A DNA stretch of 64,000 bases, taken from the NCBI GenBank assembly GCA_965216495.1, contig OZ244163.1, positions 96,127 to 160,126 of the forward strand. The letters are read 5' to 3'. Each line of letters starts with the position of its first letter. Positions within the stretch are counted from its first letter, which is position 1. The notes beneath the pieces were generated by a model. The model did not search any database and was not told where the DNA came from. It worked only from the letters and a program-made list of their open reading frames with translations. The translations under genes and the position numbers were made by a program. The DNA is from Acidimicrobiia bacterium (lineage in GTDB: Bacteria; Actinomycetota; Acidimicrobiia; Spongiisociales; ZC4RG35). Shown here in pieces: positions 28,023 to 39,243 of this stretch.

Positions 28023-29213
28023 CTACTTGTTGATTTTGGTGACTCGTCCGGCGCCTACGGTGCGGCCACCCTCACGGATAGCGAACCGGAGACCCTCGTC
28101 CATAGCGATCGGAGCGATCAACTCGACAGTCATCTCGGTGTTATCACCAGGCATCACCATCTGAGTCCCCTCAGGCAACTGGATCGACCCGGTCACATCA
28201 GTAGTCCGGAAATAAAACTGAGGCCGATAACCAGGGAAAAACGGGTTATGACGACCGCCCTCTTCCTTAGTCAACACATAAACCTGAGCTTCGAAATCAG
28301 TATGAGGAGTAATACTCCCGGGCTTGGCCAAAACCTGGCCACGCTCAACCTCTTCCTTACCAATACCCCGAAGAAGAACCCCTACGTTGTCACCAGCACG
28401 ACCCTCATCCAACAACTTCCGGAACATCTCAATCCCAGTAGCCACCGTCTTCTGAGTGTCACGGATCCCCACAATCTCAACTTCCTCGTTGACATTCAAA
28501 ATCCCCTGCTCAATACGACCCGTAACCACAGTCCCACGACCAGTAATCGAGAACACATCCTCGATCGACATCAGAAAATCCTTCTCCGTGTCACGCTCAG
28601 GATCCGGAATAAACGAATCAACCGACTCCATCAACTCCATCACCCTGTCCTGAGCATCAGAATCGCCCTCCAACGCAGCCAAAGCAGAACCACGAACCAC
28701 AGGAACATCATCCCCAGGAAACTCATACTCAGTCAGAAGATCCCGAACCTCCAACTCAACCAAATCCAACAACTCCTCATCATCAACAAGATCAGCCTTA
28801 TTAATGAAAACCACAATCGAAGGAACCCCAACCTGACGAGCCAACAACACATGCTCACGAGTCTGAGGCATAGGACCATCATCGCCACCAACCACCAAAA
28901 TCGCCCCATCAACCTGAGCAGCACCCGTAATCATGTTCTTGATGTAATCAGCATGACCCGGCATATCCACATGCGCATAATGACGAGCCTCCGTCTCATA
29001 CTCCACATGAGAAATCGAAATCGTGATACCACGCTCCCGCTCCTCAGGAGCCTTATCAATATTCTCAAACTCAGTGAACTGATTCTCACCACCAACACGC
29101 TCAGCAAGCGTCTTAGTAATAGCCGCCGTCAACGTCGTCTTCCCATGATCAATATGACCCATCGTCCCCACATTCACATGCGGCTTCGTCCGCTCAAACT
29201 TGGCCTTGGCCAT
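28023..29213 (-). CDS. tuf: elongation factor Tu
   Basis: [32 protein letters not shown]...; full-length 396 aa EF-Tu. Confidence 0.97.
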   Translation of the reverse strand: MAKAKFERTKPHVNVGTMGHIDHGKTTLTAAITKTLAERVGGENQFTEFENIDKAPEERERGITISISHVEYETEARHYAHVDMPGHADYIKNMITGAAQVDGAILVVGGDDGPMPQTREHVLLARQVGVPSIVVFINKADLVDDEELLDLVELEVRDLLTEYEFPGDDVPVVRGSALAALEGDSDAQDRVMELMESVDSFIPDPERDTEKDFLMSIEDVFSITGRGTVVTGRIEQGILNVNEEVEIVGIRDTQKTVATGIEMFRKLLDEGRAGDNVGVLLRGIGKEEVERGQVLAKPGSITPHTDFEAQVYVLTKEEGGRHNPFFPGYRPQFYFRTTDVTGSIQLPEGTQMVMPGDNTEMTVELIAPIAMDEGLRFAIREGGRTVGAGRVTKINK

Positions 29214-29267
29214 TCTCGGTTCCTTCCTTGCCTTCCTGTCCTTGCCGGCCCCTGCCGGCTCGATATG

Positions 29268-29341
29268 TAGCGGCGGGCAGACTCGAACTGCCGACCTCTC
29301 GATTATGAGTCGAGCGCTCTCACCAACTGAGCTACGCCGCC
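29268..29341 (-). tRNA. tRNA-Met (anticodon CAT)
   Basis: Cloverleaf on the minus strand: GGCGGCG acceptor, CTCATAA anticodon loop, GGTTCGAGTCC T-loop. Confidence 0.8.
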
Positions 29342-29370
29342 TCAGTGCAGAAGGGTATTCCCATCTGCAG

Positions 29371-29443
29371 AGCCCCGTTCCGGATTTGAACCGAAGACCT
29401 CTTCCTTACCATGGAAGCGCTCTACCAACTGAGCTAACGGGGC
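29371..29443 (-). tRNA. tRNA-Thr (anticodon GGT)
   Basis: GCCCCGT acceptor, anticodon loop ATGGTAA, T-loop GGTTCAAATCC. Confidence 0.8.
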
Positions 29444-29469
29444 TGGATTGTGGTGACGCTAGGCGTCCG

Positions 29470-29552
29470 TGCCGGGAGAAGGATTCGAACCTCCGTAGGC
29501 GTATGCCGGCAGATTTACAGTCTGCTTCCTTTGGCCGCTCGGACATCCCGGC
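29470..29552 (-). tRNA. tRNA-Tyr (anticodon GTA), long variable arm
   Basis: Anticodon stem-loop GCAGA-CTGTAAA-TCTGC, class II long extra arm, T-loop GGTTCGAATCC. Confidence 0.8.
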
Positions 29553-29640
29553 GCACACCTGGTCACAGCAAATCACCGTGACGCGGGCTGCAAAATGATA
29601 GCCACCACCAACTGGTGTGCCCAATGGAGCCCCGACACTG

Positions 29641-29690
29641 ATTACCTCCGGTAGTTAGGCCCGTATCCGGGCCTAACTACCGGAGGTAAT
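29641..29690 (-). terminator. 23-bp perfect inverted repeat (probable htpX terminator)
   Basis: ATTACCTCCGGTAGTTAGGCCCG-TATC-CGGGCCTAACTACCGGAGGTAAT, immediately 3' of htpX on the minus strand. Confidence 0.5.
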
Positions 29691-29698
29691 CGGAAGTT

Positions 29699-30556
29699 CT
29701 AGGAGATGCCCATCGCCATGTTGGTGAGGCGCTCGATGCGCTCCTCCGTCGGCGGATGGGTACTGAACCACTTGCTCACCCCGCGACCCTTGAAAGCCTT
29801 CAGCGGGTTGTCAATGAATAGCTGAGCCGTCGACTCGTTCACGCGCATCGGGATACGGGCGGTACCTCGAGAGATCTTGTCCAGGGCCGAAGCCAGCTTC
29901 AAGGGCTGCCCTGTGATCTCGGCGCCGGTGCGGTCGGCCTGAAACTCGCGGGTACGGGAGATGGCGAATCTCAGCAACATGGCTGCCATCGGTGCGATGA
30001 TGAGCGAGAGCAACACACCGACAATCCCGAGTGGGTTGTTGCGGTTGTCACCACCACCGAACCAGAAGGCCATTCGGACCAGGATGGCGATGGCCGAACC
30101 GATCATCGCCGCGATCGACGAGATCAAGATGTCTCGGTTGACCACGTGGCCAAGCTCGTGCCCCAAGACTCCTTCGAGCTCCTCGTGGTCGAGGATCTCC
30201 ATGATCCCGGTGGTCACCGCAACGGCTGCCTTCTTGGGGTTTCTACCTGTCGCAAACGCATTCGGCTGGGGCGAGTCGATGACATAGACCCGAGGCATCG
30301 GGATATCCATCTGGGTGCTGAGACGTCTGACAGTCCCGTAAACGTGTGGAAGCTCAGCCTCTGTAACCGGACGCGCCCGGCTGGCGGCTAACGCCATCTT
30401 GTCGGAGAAGAAGTAGGCAGCGAAGTTGAAAAGGACGGCGACGCCGACGGCTAGCCAGAGACCTTGCTCGCCCACCAGCGTAAAAGTGATGGTGAACAGC
30501 AACACCGCCATGAAGGCAAGGAGGCCGACTGTCTTGAAGTTGTTCATAGAGACCAT
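29699..30556 (-). CDS. htpX: zinc metalloprotease HtpX (M48)
   Basis: HELGHV zinc motif and four TM segments; 285 aa. Confidence 0.85.
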   Translation of the reverse strand: MVSMNNFKTVGLLAFMAVLLFTITFTLVGEQGLWLAVGVAVLFNFAAYFFSDKMALAASRARPVTEAELPHVYGTVRRLSTQMDIPMPRVYVIDSPQPNAFATGRNPKKAAVAVTTGIMEILDHEELEGVLGHELGHVVNRDILISSIAAMIGSAIAILVRMAFWFGGGDNRNNPLGIVGVLLSLIIAPMAAMLLRFAISRTREFQADRTGAEITGQPLKLASALDKISRGTARIPMRVNESTAQLFIDNPLKAFKGRGVSKWFSTHPPTEERIERLTNMAMGIS

Positions 30557-30576
30557 TTTATTGGGAGAATGTTGAT

Positions 30577-31008
30577 ATGAGGTTTGTCAGATTTGGAATT
30601 CTCGCCTTGGTCCTCGTCGGCTGCGGAGCGGCGGCAGACGGTGACGACACCACACCTTCGACTCAGAACCCACCCACGACCAACGCCGGCTCGGTCCCCG
30701 AGCGGGTCAAACCAGTCAACGCTCAACCACCGAACTGGTTCTCCAACGAGGACGCTGCTCCCAAAGAACTGATCGCGGCAATTGCCACCGAGATCGACGC
30801 GCAGTACCTGGGGTCAATGCAGGTGGACTGGAACAACTCCGGCATCGGATGCACCGACGGGACCACCCTTCAGGTCATCACCCCCGGCTACCTGATCCTC
30901 TTCGAGCACCCCGACGGCCTGATAAGAGTCCACACCGACATGCGCGCCAATTGGAAGGTGTGTGATCTGGCCCGCCCCTTGGAAGGCATTCCCACCGTCA
31001 CGTCTTAG
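30577..31008 (+). CDS. putative lipoprotein (hypothetical)
   Basis: MRFVRFGILALVLVGC lipobox followed by a Thr/Pro-rich linker. Confidence 0.45.
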   Translation: MRFVRFGILALVLVGCGAAADGDDTTPSTQNPPTTNAGSVPERVKPVNAQPPNWFSNEDAAPKELIAAIATEIDAQYLGSMQVDWNNSGIGCTDGTTLQVITPGYLILFEHPDGLIRVHTDMRANWKVCDLARPLEGIPTVTS

Positions 31009-31016
31009 AGCAAAAG

Positions 31017-31048
31017 GAAGAGGGGCCCCGCAGGGCCCCCTCTTCAAG
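31017..31048. terminator. bidirectional GC-rich hairpin terminator
   Basis: GAAGAGGGGCCC-CGCA-GGGCCCCCTCTTC at the convergent junction. Confidence 0.5.
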
Positions 31049-31066
31049 CTCATACCGTAACGCTTG

Positions 31067-33982
31067 CTACGGCAGGGTTACCACCTGGCTCTGATCGCCG
31101 CGCTCGTTGGCTGGGTACAGCCAGAGCATGTCGCCCGAACCAGAGGTACTCAGGTTCAGGACTCCGTTCTCCAAAGCGAAGGAGAATGGATCGGCGCTAG
31201 GTGCCGTGTTGGTGTCAACCGAGGCCTGCATGACGTCGAAGTTCGACGAGTAGTAGTCGAAGCTGTAGGCGGTCATGTTGAACACGCCGTCGCCGTCGTA
31301 CGGGAACACCAGCTCCCACTCATCGAGCAGTACACCGACTTCGTCGTTGTAATCCATGCCCGAGAAGAAGTCGAGCGGGAACGCACCCGTGCACAGGTTG
31401 AAGACACCCGTCACGATCGTGCCGGTCGGGTCGTTGCCAAGCAACAAGCCGAGGTCGGCAGCCACGATCACGGTCTCCGCACCGAACGGACCACAGGCAG
31501 TATCCGGGTCGTCATCGATGTAGATGTCGATCTCGTATGGCGAGAACGACTGCCAAGCGGCATCCGTCGCAACACCGAACTCGATGGCATTGAAGCCGTA
31601 GGCATCGTGTGCCCTCACTCCGAGCGAGTCGAAGTTGTATGGCTCGCCGTCACCAAGCAATCCCGTGCCGAGATAGGCGAAGCCTTCGGCGACACCAGGC
31701 ACGGACGCATTGTTCTTGGCTGTGACACCGTTCTTCTTCACCGACACTTCGATGTTCGAAGCGGGGTCGGCAGCAGCCATGTAACCGACGTGCAGCTCAT
31801 CCGTTCCATCGTTGAGGATGAACCAACCATCGACCTCAGACTGGCTGAAGAAGTTGTTGTCTGCAGCCATTTCGTTCGGGTTGGCCGAGAGATGGGCCTT
31901 GAATGTGGCACTCGAGTTGGCACCAACCGTCACAGTGTCCTCAGTCGTCTCGACAGTCACACCCGGCAGCGTGTGCAAGGGAACGGTGCTGATCGAGAAA
32001 GTCCTAGAGGTGCTGCTCATGTTGGTGACTGTTACGTCCATCATGATCGACGTCGGGTTGGTCGAATCGATCCGACCAAAGCTCACGCCGCCTGGCGACG
32101 CATAGCTGGTCAACCCGATTGCAGCATCAGCCTGAACGATTCCGACACCCTGACGTGCCAACGGGTAGTTGACAGCGGCTGGGGTCGTCGAGTTCTGGAT
32201 CAGGGCCTTCGCAACTACAGGATCGAGGTCTCCGTGCTTGTCAACAAGCAAAGCAGCCAGACCCGCAACGTGGGGCGCCGCCATTGAGGTACCGCTCGAG
32301 ACCGAGCCGAGCACTCCGGTACCCACGTTGGTCGACAGAATCCCGAAACCGGGTGCTGCCACGTCAGGCTTGAACGTCGTCCCGAAGCCGGGTCCACGCG
32401 AAGTGAAGTCGGCCAATGTGTCAGCCAACTCAGGCTTCGGAATCCGAATGTCCGACGACAGAGTCGCTGTCACCGTCGATCCGGCGTTGTAGGCATCAGC
32501 CATAGCTTGCCCATCGCTGTGACCTACGAACATGGATGGAATCGTGAACGTTCCGCTGCCACCCATCACCAGGACGGCGTCGCCACGAGCAGCATCGTTG
32601 AACACGATGACACCAATAGCGCCGGCTGCCTCAGCGTTGGCGACCTTGTCTACGAACGCACAGGCACCACGCTCGATCAGAGCGATGTTGCCGGCAATGT
32701 CGGCCCCGTTGGTGAGCGCGGTACAACCGTCGTTTGAGTCACCAACCGCATCCTGAGCTTCGACGACAACACCAGAAACCGGTCCTACAAGAGCCAGAGG
32801 TGGCGTGAATCCGCCTTCAGCAGCTTCGACTTGAACCGGCGCGCCACCGTCTACGGCGTACTCCAGCGCAAGCACGGCATACCCGCCATCAACCGAAGCG
32901 GCAACGTTGATTGCTCCGTCGGCAACACCAGGTGAACCAGTCACGTAGGGGCTATCGCCCTCGTTACCAGCAGAGGCAACCACGATCACACCGGCCGCAG
33001 CAGCGTTGTTGCTGGAGATGGTGCTCGGATCGTCGTGTGAACCGAAGGGTGAGCCAAGGCTCATGTTGATCACATCGAGGTGATCATCCATCGATCCGTC
33101 GCCGTTGGGGTCCATGGCCCACTCGATGGCCTGCGAGGTCACGTTGGTCGAACCAGAGCAACCGAAGACCTTCAGGGCATAAACGGTGGCGTCGGGGGCA
33201 ACACCCTTGCCGATGATCCCGGGCACGCCTACACCAGCGGCTGAGCCGCCGACGTGGGAACCGTGACCGTGACAGTCCAATGGGTCAGCATCAGGGCTTG
33301 GCGTTGTCGGTCCGTCGTCGCCAGACGCGTCGTAGTTGTCGCCAGCGAAGTCCCAACCACCGGCAACCTTGGCCGTGGGGAAGGTTCCCGCCTCGATGAT
33401 GGTGGGGTCGTCATTCAGATAGTCGTTGACGTCTCCAGACCCACCGAAGTTGGCGTGGTAGTAGTCGATGCCGGTATCGATGATTCCGACTGACACTCCT
33501 TCACCTGTGTATCCGAGTTCCCAAACAGCTGGTGCGCCGATCCACGGCACGCTCGATTCGTTGGACACCTCGAATTCAGTGACTCGCGCCACCGAAAGAA
33601 CTCCGTCGATCGAAGCCAGGTCGGGAATCGCCCGCAGCGCAGCGTCAATGTGGAAGCCGTTGGCACCCACTACGAGGCTATCGACGATGGTTCCGCCGGC
33701 AGCCTCGATGTCGCCCTTCTTGGCGTTCTGCTGTGCCTTGACCTTGTTGGCCTGAGCTTGCTGCTGGCCGCGGTTAGGCGTGTTGTTGGACTCAGCCACG
33801 AATTCGGAAACCGCCGGTACGTCCAAACGCACAAAGAGCCGGACAACCTCATCGAGATCGACCGGCCCTCTTACCGCTTCGCCCGAGACACGCTCAGGCG
33901 TACGGGCGGTGTTTCCGAATACGGGCAGAGCTGTAGCAAACAGCGTCGCAATGGACACTGCAATGATGAGGAGTTTTCTCAC
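31067..33982 (-). CDS. secreted subtilisin-like serine protease (S8) with PA/C-terminal domains
   Basis: Signal peptide; Asp (GIIDTGID), His (HGSHVGG) and Ser (GTSMAAPHVAG) catalytic motifs; 971 aa. Confidence 0.85.
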   Translation of the reverse strand: MRKLLIIAVSIATLFATALPVFGNTARTPERVSGEAVRGPVDLDEVVRLFVRLDVPAVSEFVAESNNTPNRGQQQAQANKVKAQQNAKKGDIEAAGGTIVDSLVVGANGFHIDAALRAIPDLASIDGVLSVARVTEFEVSNESSVPWIGAPAVWELGYTGEGVSVGIIDTGIDYYHANFGGSGDVNDYLNDDPTIIEAGTFPTAKVAGGWDFAGDNYDASGDDGPTTPSPDADPLDCHGHGSHVGGSAAGVGVPGIIGKGVAPDATVYALKVFGCSGSTNVTSQAIEWAMDPNGDGSMDDHLDVINMSLGSPFGSHDDPSTISSNNAAAAGVIVVASAGNEGDSPYVTGSPGVADGAINVAASVDGGYAVLALEYAVDGGAPVQVEAAEGGFTPPLALVGPVSGVVVEAQDAVGDSNDGCTALTNGADIAGNIALIERGACAFVDKVANAEAAGAIGVIVFNDAARGDAVLVMGGSGTFTIPSMFVGHSDGQAMADAYNAGSTVTATLSSDIRIPKPELADTLADFTSRGPGFGTTFKPDVAAPGFGILSTNVGTGVLGSVSSGTSMAAPHVAGLAALLVDKHGDLDPVVAKALIQNSTTPAAVNYPLARQGVGIVQADAAIGLTSYASPGGVSFGRIDSTNPTSIMMDVTVTNMSSTSRTFSISTVPLHTLPGVTVETTEDTVTVGANSSATFKAHLSANPNEMAADNNFFSQSEVDGWFILNDGTDELHVGYMAAADPASNIEVSVKKNGVTAKNNASVPGVAEGFAYLGTGLLGDGEPYNFDSLGVRAHDAYGFNAIEFGVATDAAWQSFSPYEIDIYIDDDPDTACGPFGAETVIVAADLGLLLGNDPTGTIVTGVFNLCTGAFPLDFFSGMDYNDEVGVLLDEWELVFPYDGDGVFNMTAYSFDYYSSNFDVMQASVDTNTAPSADPFSFALENGVLNLSTSGSGDMLWLYPANERGDQSQVVTLP

Positions 33983-34091
33983 CCCTGATCCTCCGTATTC
34001 TCTCTCCTAGTGGTTGGCGATGAAGATCGCCTTGAAACCGTTGGGAACCATAGCGGACTTCTAGCAAACGCGTCGAGTGACCCTCAACCGC

Positions 34092-35105
34092 TCAGTGTGA
34101 TGAGTGGAGCACCCTGAAATCGCCGAGGCCACGAGGATGCAACACGGTCTCGATGCCAACGATTTCCGATCGAATCCGCAGGGACTCAAGGTGATCGCCA
34201 TTCACGCTTCTTTCTCTCTCGGTCCGCCGCAGTTGGTCGAGGGTTTCGCCCAATCCCAGATTGACCAAGAAGTCGTCCTGACGACCGAACCACCAGTCGT
34301 CGAGATCCATCAAGGCCGAGAAATTGACGTCAGCCGTGATGTCGGTTTGGCCCGGTTCTGCCAACGGGTCAGGGCCGAGATGATGGGAGCGATAGGTACG
34401 AAGGGTCCCCGACGCCCGGCGATTGGCCAGCCCCTCCGCCGTGTCTCCGTAGTCGATCAGGACCACCGAACCTTCAGTCACGGCTGCAACTGCGGCGGAC
34501 ACCCAAGCGCGGGCCACCAACTGAACCTCGACCCATCCGCCGTCGGGCACGGGTCCTGAGAAGGTGTCCAGCCAAGCCGCTGCGTCCGGTCTTGGATCCG
34601 CGTCGACAAGCACCAGGCCGTCACCTTCGCGGCCAACCCAACGCTCACGCCATTCGCCGTCGACCATCTGGGCTAGACCCATGGGGAGGTTGTCCAATAG
34701 CTCATTCGCGATAAGCACCCCTCGAAACGACTCAGGCACTTGGTCAGCCACTTCGACGAAGCCGCTCAGAGATTCGCGAGCCGCTGGAGATCTCTCGACC
34801 GCAAGAGCTTCCACATCGCACAGTTCGAGTAGTTGCCTGAGCAACGAGCCGGAACCCGCCCCGGCCTCCACAACCGTGAACGGGTCTCCAAGTCTTTCGT
34901 ACTCGGCTTGCACCAAACGGCCCAGCGTGCGCCCGAAATGGGGGCTGACCTCTGGCGAGGTCAGGAAATCGCCAGCCCCGGTGGACCGGAGCTTCCCGCT
35001 ACCGAAGAAGCCATCAGGCCCGTAAAGAGCCTTCTCCATGAAGCGCTCGAACGGCATCGGGCCGTTCGACTCGATCTCTTGGATCAAGTGTTGAAGCACA
35101 GACAT
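34092..35105 (-). CDS. class I SAM-dependent methyltransferase, MidA/NDUFAF7 (DUF185) family
   Basis: VVEAGAGSGSL SAM-binding motif and the overall DUF185 pattern; 337 aa. Confidence 0.55.
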   Translation of the reverse strand: MSVLQHLIQEIESNGPMPFERFMEKALYGPDGFFGSGKLRSTGAGDFLTSPEVSPHFGRTLGRLVQAEYERLGDPFTVVEAGAGSGSLLRQLLELCDVEALAVERSPAARESLSGFVEVADQVPESFRGVLIANELLDNLPMGLAQMVDGEWRERWVGREGDGLVLVDADPRPDAAAWLDTFSGPVPDGGWVEVQLVARAWVSAAVAAVTEGSVVLIDYGDTAEGLANRRASGTLRTYRSHHLGPDPLAEPGQTDITADVNFSALMDLDDWWFGRQDDFLVNLGLGETLDQLRRTERERSVNGDHLESLRIRSEIVGIETVLHPRGLGDFRVLHSSH

Positions 35106-35123
35106 CAGATACCGTTGCCAACC

Positions 35124-35969
35124 ATGAAGTACGGAGTGTTCATCTTTCCCACGGATTCCTCAATTCGTCCCGACACCCTCGCAGCTGAGGTAGAGCGCCT
35201 CGGGTTCGACTCCCTCTGGTTTCCCGAGCACTCCCACATTCCGGCGAGTCGCGCCACTCCATGGGGCGGCCAGGAGGGAGCACCGCCGTTGCCCGACCAC
35301 TATTGGCGCACCCACGACCAATTCGTAGCTCTCGCTTTCGCCGCAGCAGCCACCGAGAACCTTTTACTGGGGACTGGTATCTCCCTTGTGGCACAGCGTG
35401 ACCCAATCTGGACCGCCAAAGAAGTGGCATCTCTCGATGTGTTGTCCGGGGGCCGGGTCATGTTCGGCGTTGGATATGGGTGGAACAAAGAAGAGATGGC
35501 TCAACACGGCACCGCCTACCTCGAAAGGAGGGCGGTGATGCGCGAGAAGATCCTGATGATGAAGGCGTTGTGGACCGAAGACGAGTCTGCGTTCGCCGGC
35601 GATCTGCTGACTCTCGAGCCCTCTTGGGCTTGGCCCAAGCCCAAGCAACAGCCTCACCCTCCGATCATCATGGGTGCGGCCCCAGGGCCCAAGACGCTGG
35701 CCGACATTGTCGAGTATTGCGACGGTTGGCTTCCGCTTGCCACGCGCCACGACATCGGAAGCCAGGTAGCCCGCGTCCGCCAGGCGGTCGAAGACGCCGG
35801 TCGCGACCCCGGAGCGTTTCAGGTGATCGCGTACGGCGCCAAGACGGATCGCGTAGATGAACTGGCCGCGGCTGGCGTCGACCACGCCGTGTTCTCATTG
35901 CCTCCGATGGGTGAAGACGTAATCCTGCCCAAACTGACCGAGTGGGCCGACAAGGTTGGCCTGAATTGA
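35124..35969 (+). CDS. LLM-class (luciferase-like) F420-dependent oxidoreductase
   Basis: MKYGVFIFPTDSSIRP... TIM-barrel LLM pattern. The start was taken at the ATG at 35124, not the upstream ORF-track extension. Confidence 0.6.
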   Translation: MKYGVFIFPTDSSIRPDTLAAEVERLGFDSLWFPEHSHIPASRATPWGGQEGAPPLPDHYWRTHDQFVALAFAAAATENLLLGTGISLVAQRDPIWTAKEVASLDVLSGGRVMFGVGYGWNKEEMAQHGTAYLERRAVMREKILMMKALWTEDESAFAGDLLTLEPSWAWPKPKQQPHPPIIMGAAPGPKTLADIVEYCDGWLPLATRHDIGSQVARVRQAVEDAGRDPGAFQVIAYGAKTDRVDELAAAGVDHAVFSLPPMGEDVILPKLTEWADKVGLN

Positions 35970-37057
35970 AGCAACACCGCCCTTCAATCGTCTTGGGCAC
36001 GCGCCCAGAGATCATCAAGCTGGGTCCCATCGTGTCTGCCATGGGCGGTGACGTCGACATCATCCACACGGGCCAGCACTATGACCCAGAGATGGCCGGC
36101 GTGTTCTTCGAAGCCTTCGGCATCAGCGACTTTGCTGCTGAGCTGAAGGTGGGTGGTGAAAGCCGCGGCCAGCAGATCGGTCGCGTGGTCGCAGGACTTG
36201 ACGACTACTTCGACCAGATTGGAAACCCTTCAGCGGTCATTGTTCAAGGCGACACCAACACAGCTCTGGCGGGAGCCCTCACTGCCAACGCACGCGAGAT
36301 TCCCTTGGTCCATGTTGAAGCAGGTCTCCGGTCGTTCGACCGGGCAATGCCAGAGGAGCACAACAGGGTCCTGGCTGATCACCTCTCAGATCTTTGCCTC
36401 GCCCCAACCGAGGTATCGCAGAACAACCTGCTCAACGAGTCCATCAGCGATGCCAGAATCGTGATTACCGGCAACACGATTGTAGATGCGGTCCGGGAGC
36501 TCACGAGATCATCCGATCAAATGGCCGCAATCCGGAGACGTCTGATCGAGGACGAAACCTATGTCGTGGCGACATTCCACAGGCCCGAGAACGTGGACTC
36601 GCCGAAGAACCTTCAACGTATCCTCGAAGAGCTTGGACGCATAAGTGTGCCGGTCGTGCTCCCACTTCATCCCAGAACTCGTGCCGTAGCGACGCGTAAC
36701 AAGATCGATCTGAGCCAGGGTCAGGTCAGAGCGATCGATCCACTCGGATACCTTGATTTCTTGTCATTGGTTGAGGGTTCTTCGCTGGTCGTCGCGGACT
36801 CTGGTGGACTTCAAGAGGAGGTATCCGTCCTCAAGAAGCCGATGATCGTGGTTCGGAACTCGACGGAGAGACCGGAGGTCCTGGATACCTTCTGCAGCTT
36901 GCTTTCAGTGACTGATCCAATCGCCGAAACGGCCGAGAGGCGGCTTATCGGCGACCCATATTCTCTAGATGATTTAGCACGCATGCCCTCTCCATACGGC
37001 ACAGGAGACGCCGCACTCCGTTCGGTTGAGGCCATAGGTGCTCTACTGAGCAGCTGA
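35942..37057 (+). CDS. wecB: UDP-N-acetylglucosamine 2-epimerase (non-hydrolysing)
   Basis: PEIIKLGP...HTGQHYD...VHVEAGLRS... epimerase_2 signature. The start may be the TTG at ~35966. Confidence 0.8.
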   Translation: MGRQGWPELKQHRPSIVLGTRPEIIKLGPIVSAMGGDVDIIHTGQHYDPEMAGVFFEAFGISDFAAELKVGGESRGQQIGRVVAGLDDYFDQIGNPSAVIVQGDTNTALAGALTANAREIPLVHVEAGLRSFDRAMPEEHNRVLADHLSDLCLAPTEVSQNNLLNESISDARIVITGNTIVDAVRELTRSSDQMAAIRRRLIEDETYVVATFHRPENVDSPKNLQRILEELGRISVPVVLPLHPRTRAVATRNKIDLSQGQVRAIDPLGYLDFLSLVEGSSLVVADSGGLQEEVSVLKKPMIVVRNSTERPEVLDTFCSLLSVTDPIAETAERRLIGDPYSLDDLARMPSPYGTGDAALRSVEAIGALLSS

Positions 37058-37074
37058 CTCACTCTTCGAGCAAC

Positions 37075-37106
37075 AAAGAAGGGGGCCCCGTAGGACCCCC
37101 TCCTTC
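37075..37106. terminator. bidirectional GC-rich hairpin terminator (wecB / groEL convergent)
   Basis: GAAGGGGGCCCC-GTA-GGACCCCCTCCTTC; near-identical to the hairpin at 31017. Confidence 0.45.
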
Positions 37107-37125
37107 AATGTCTTGTGCGACAGGA

Positions 37126-38763
<1,638 letters not shown>

Positions 38764-38771
38764 TCAGCTCC

Positions 38772-39062
38772 TCAGTTGACGATTGCCAGAATGTCGCGCT
38801 CGCTGAGGACCAGGTATTCACCGGTGTCGAGCTTTACCTCGGTGCCGGCGAACTTCGAGTAGAGAACCTTGTCCCCTACCGAAACGTCCATAGCGATACG
38901 ATCGCCGTCGTCGTCCCGGGCGCCCGGTCCAACAGCGATGACTTCTCCTACTTGGGGCTTCTCCTTGGCGGTGTCGGGAATGACCAGACCTGAGGGGGTG
39001 CGGGACTCCGCATCCTCGGTTGGCGAGACCACAACACGATCGCCGAGAGGTTGAAGCTTCAT
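38772..39062 (-). CDS. groS: co-chaperonin GroES
   Basis: [12 protein letters not shown]... The start was taken at the internal Met (96 aa). Confidence 0.95.
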   Translation of the reverse strand: MKLQPLGDRVVVSPTEDAESRTPSGLVIPDTAKEKPQVGEVIAVGPGARDDDGDRIAMDVSVGDKVLYSKFAGTEVKLDTGEYLVLSERDILAIVN

Positions 39063-39120
39063 ACGTAGCTCCTCCTTGAGCATCTACGTTCGTGCCTTAC
39101 CCGTCGTTGCTTGACGACGG

Positions 39121-39147
39121 TTAGCACTCTCTTGTTTTGAGTGCCAG
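39121..39147. promoter_or_regulatory. CIRCE-like element 1 (HrcA operator, imperfect)
   Basis: TTAGCACTC-N9-GAGTGCCAG versus the consensus TTAGCACTC-N9-GAGTGCTAA. Confidence 0.7.
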
Positions 39148-39153
39148 GCAAAT

Positions 39154-39180
39154 GTAGCACTCTCCGGAAGAGAGTGCTAG
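39154..39180. promoter_or_regulatory. CIRCE element 2 (HrcA operator)
   Basis: GTAGCACTC-N9-GAGTGCTAG, near-perfect CIRCE upstream of groES. Confidence 0.8.
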
Positions 39181-39243
39181 CCAAGACCCCTTGGACCTGA
39201 GTCAAGACGACTCAACAAACATCAAATGGTTAGGTGAACACCT

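Noticed and set aside
28248-29270. 340-aa plus-strand ORF
   Set aside because: Runs entirely antisense to the highly conserved tuf gene and has a low-complexity H/N/L/R-rich translation. It is a GC-frame artefact.
31064-32287. 407-aa plus-strand ORF
   Set aside because: Antisense to the S8 protease gene, Arg/Val-rich with no motifs; spurious.
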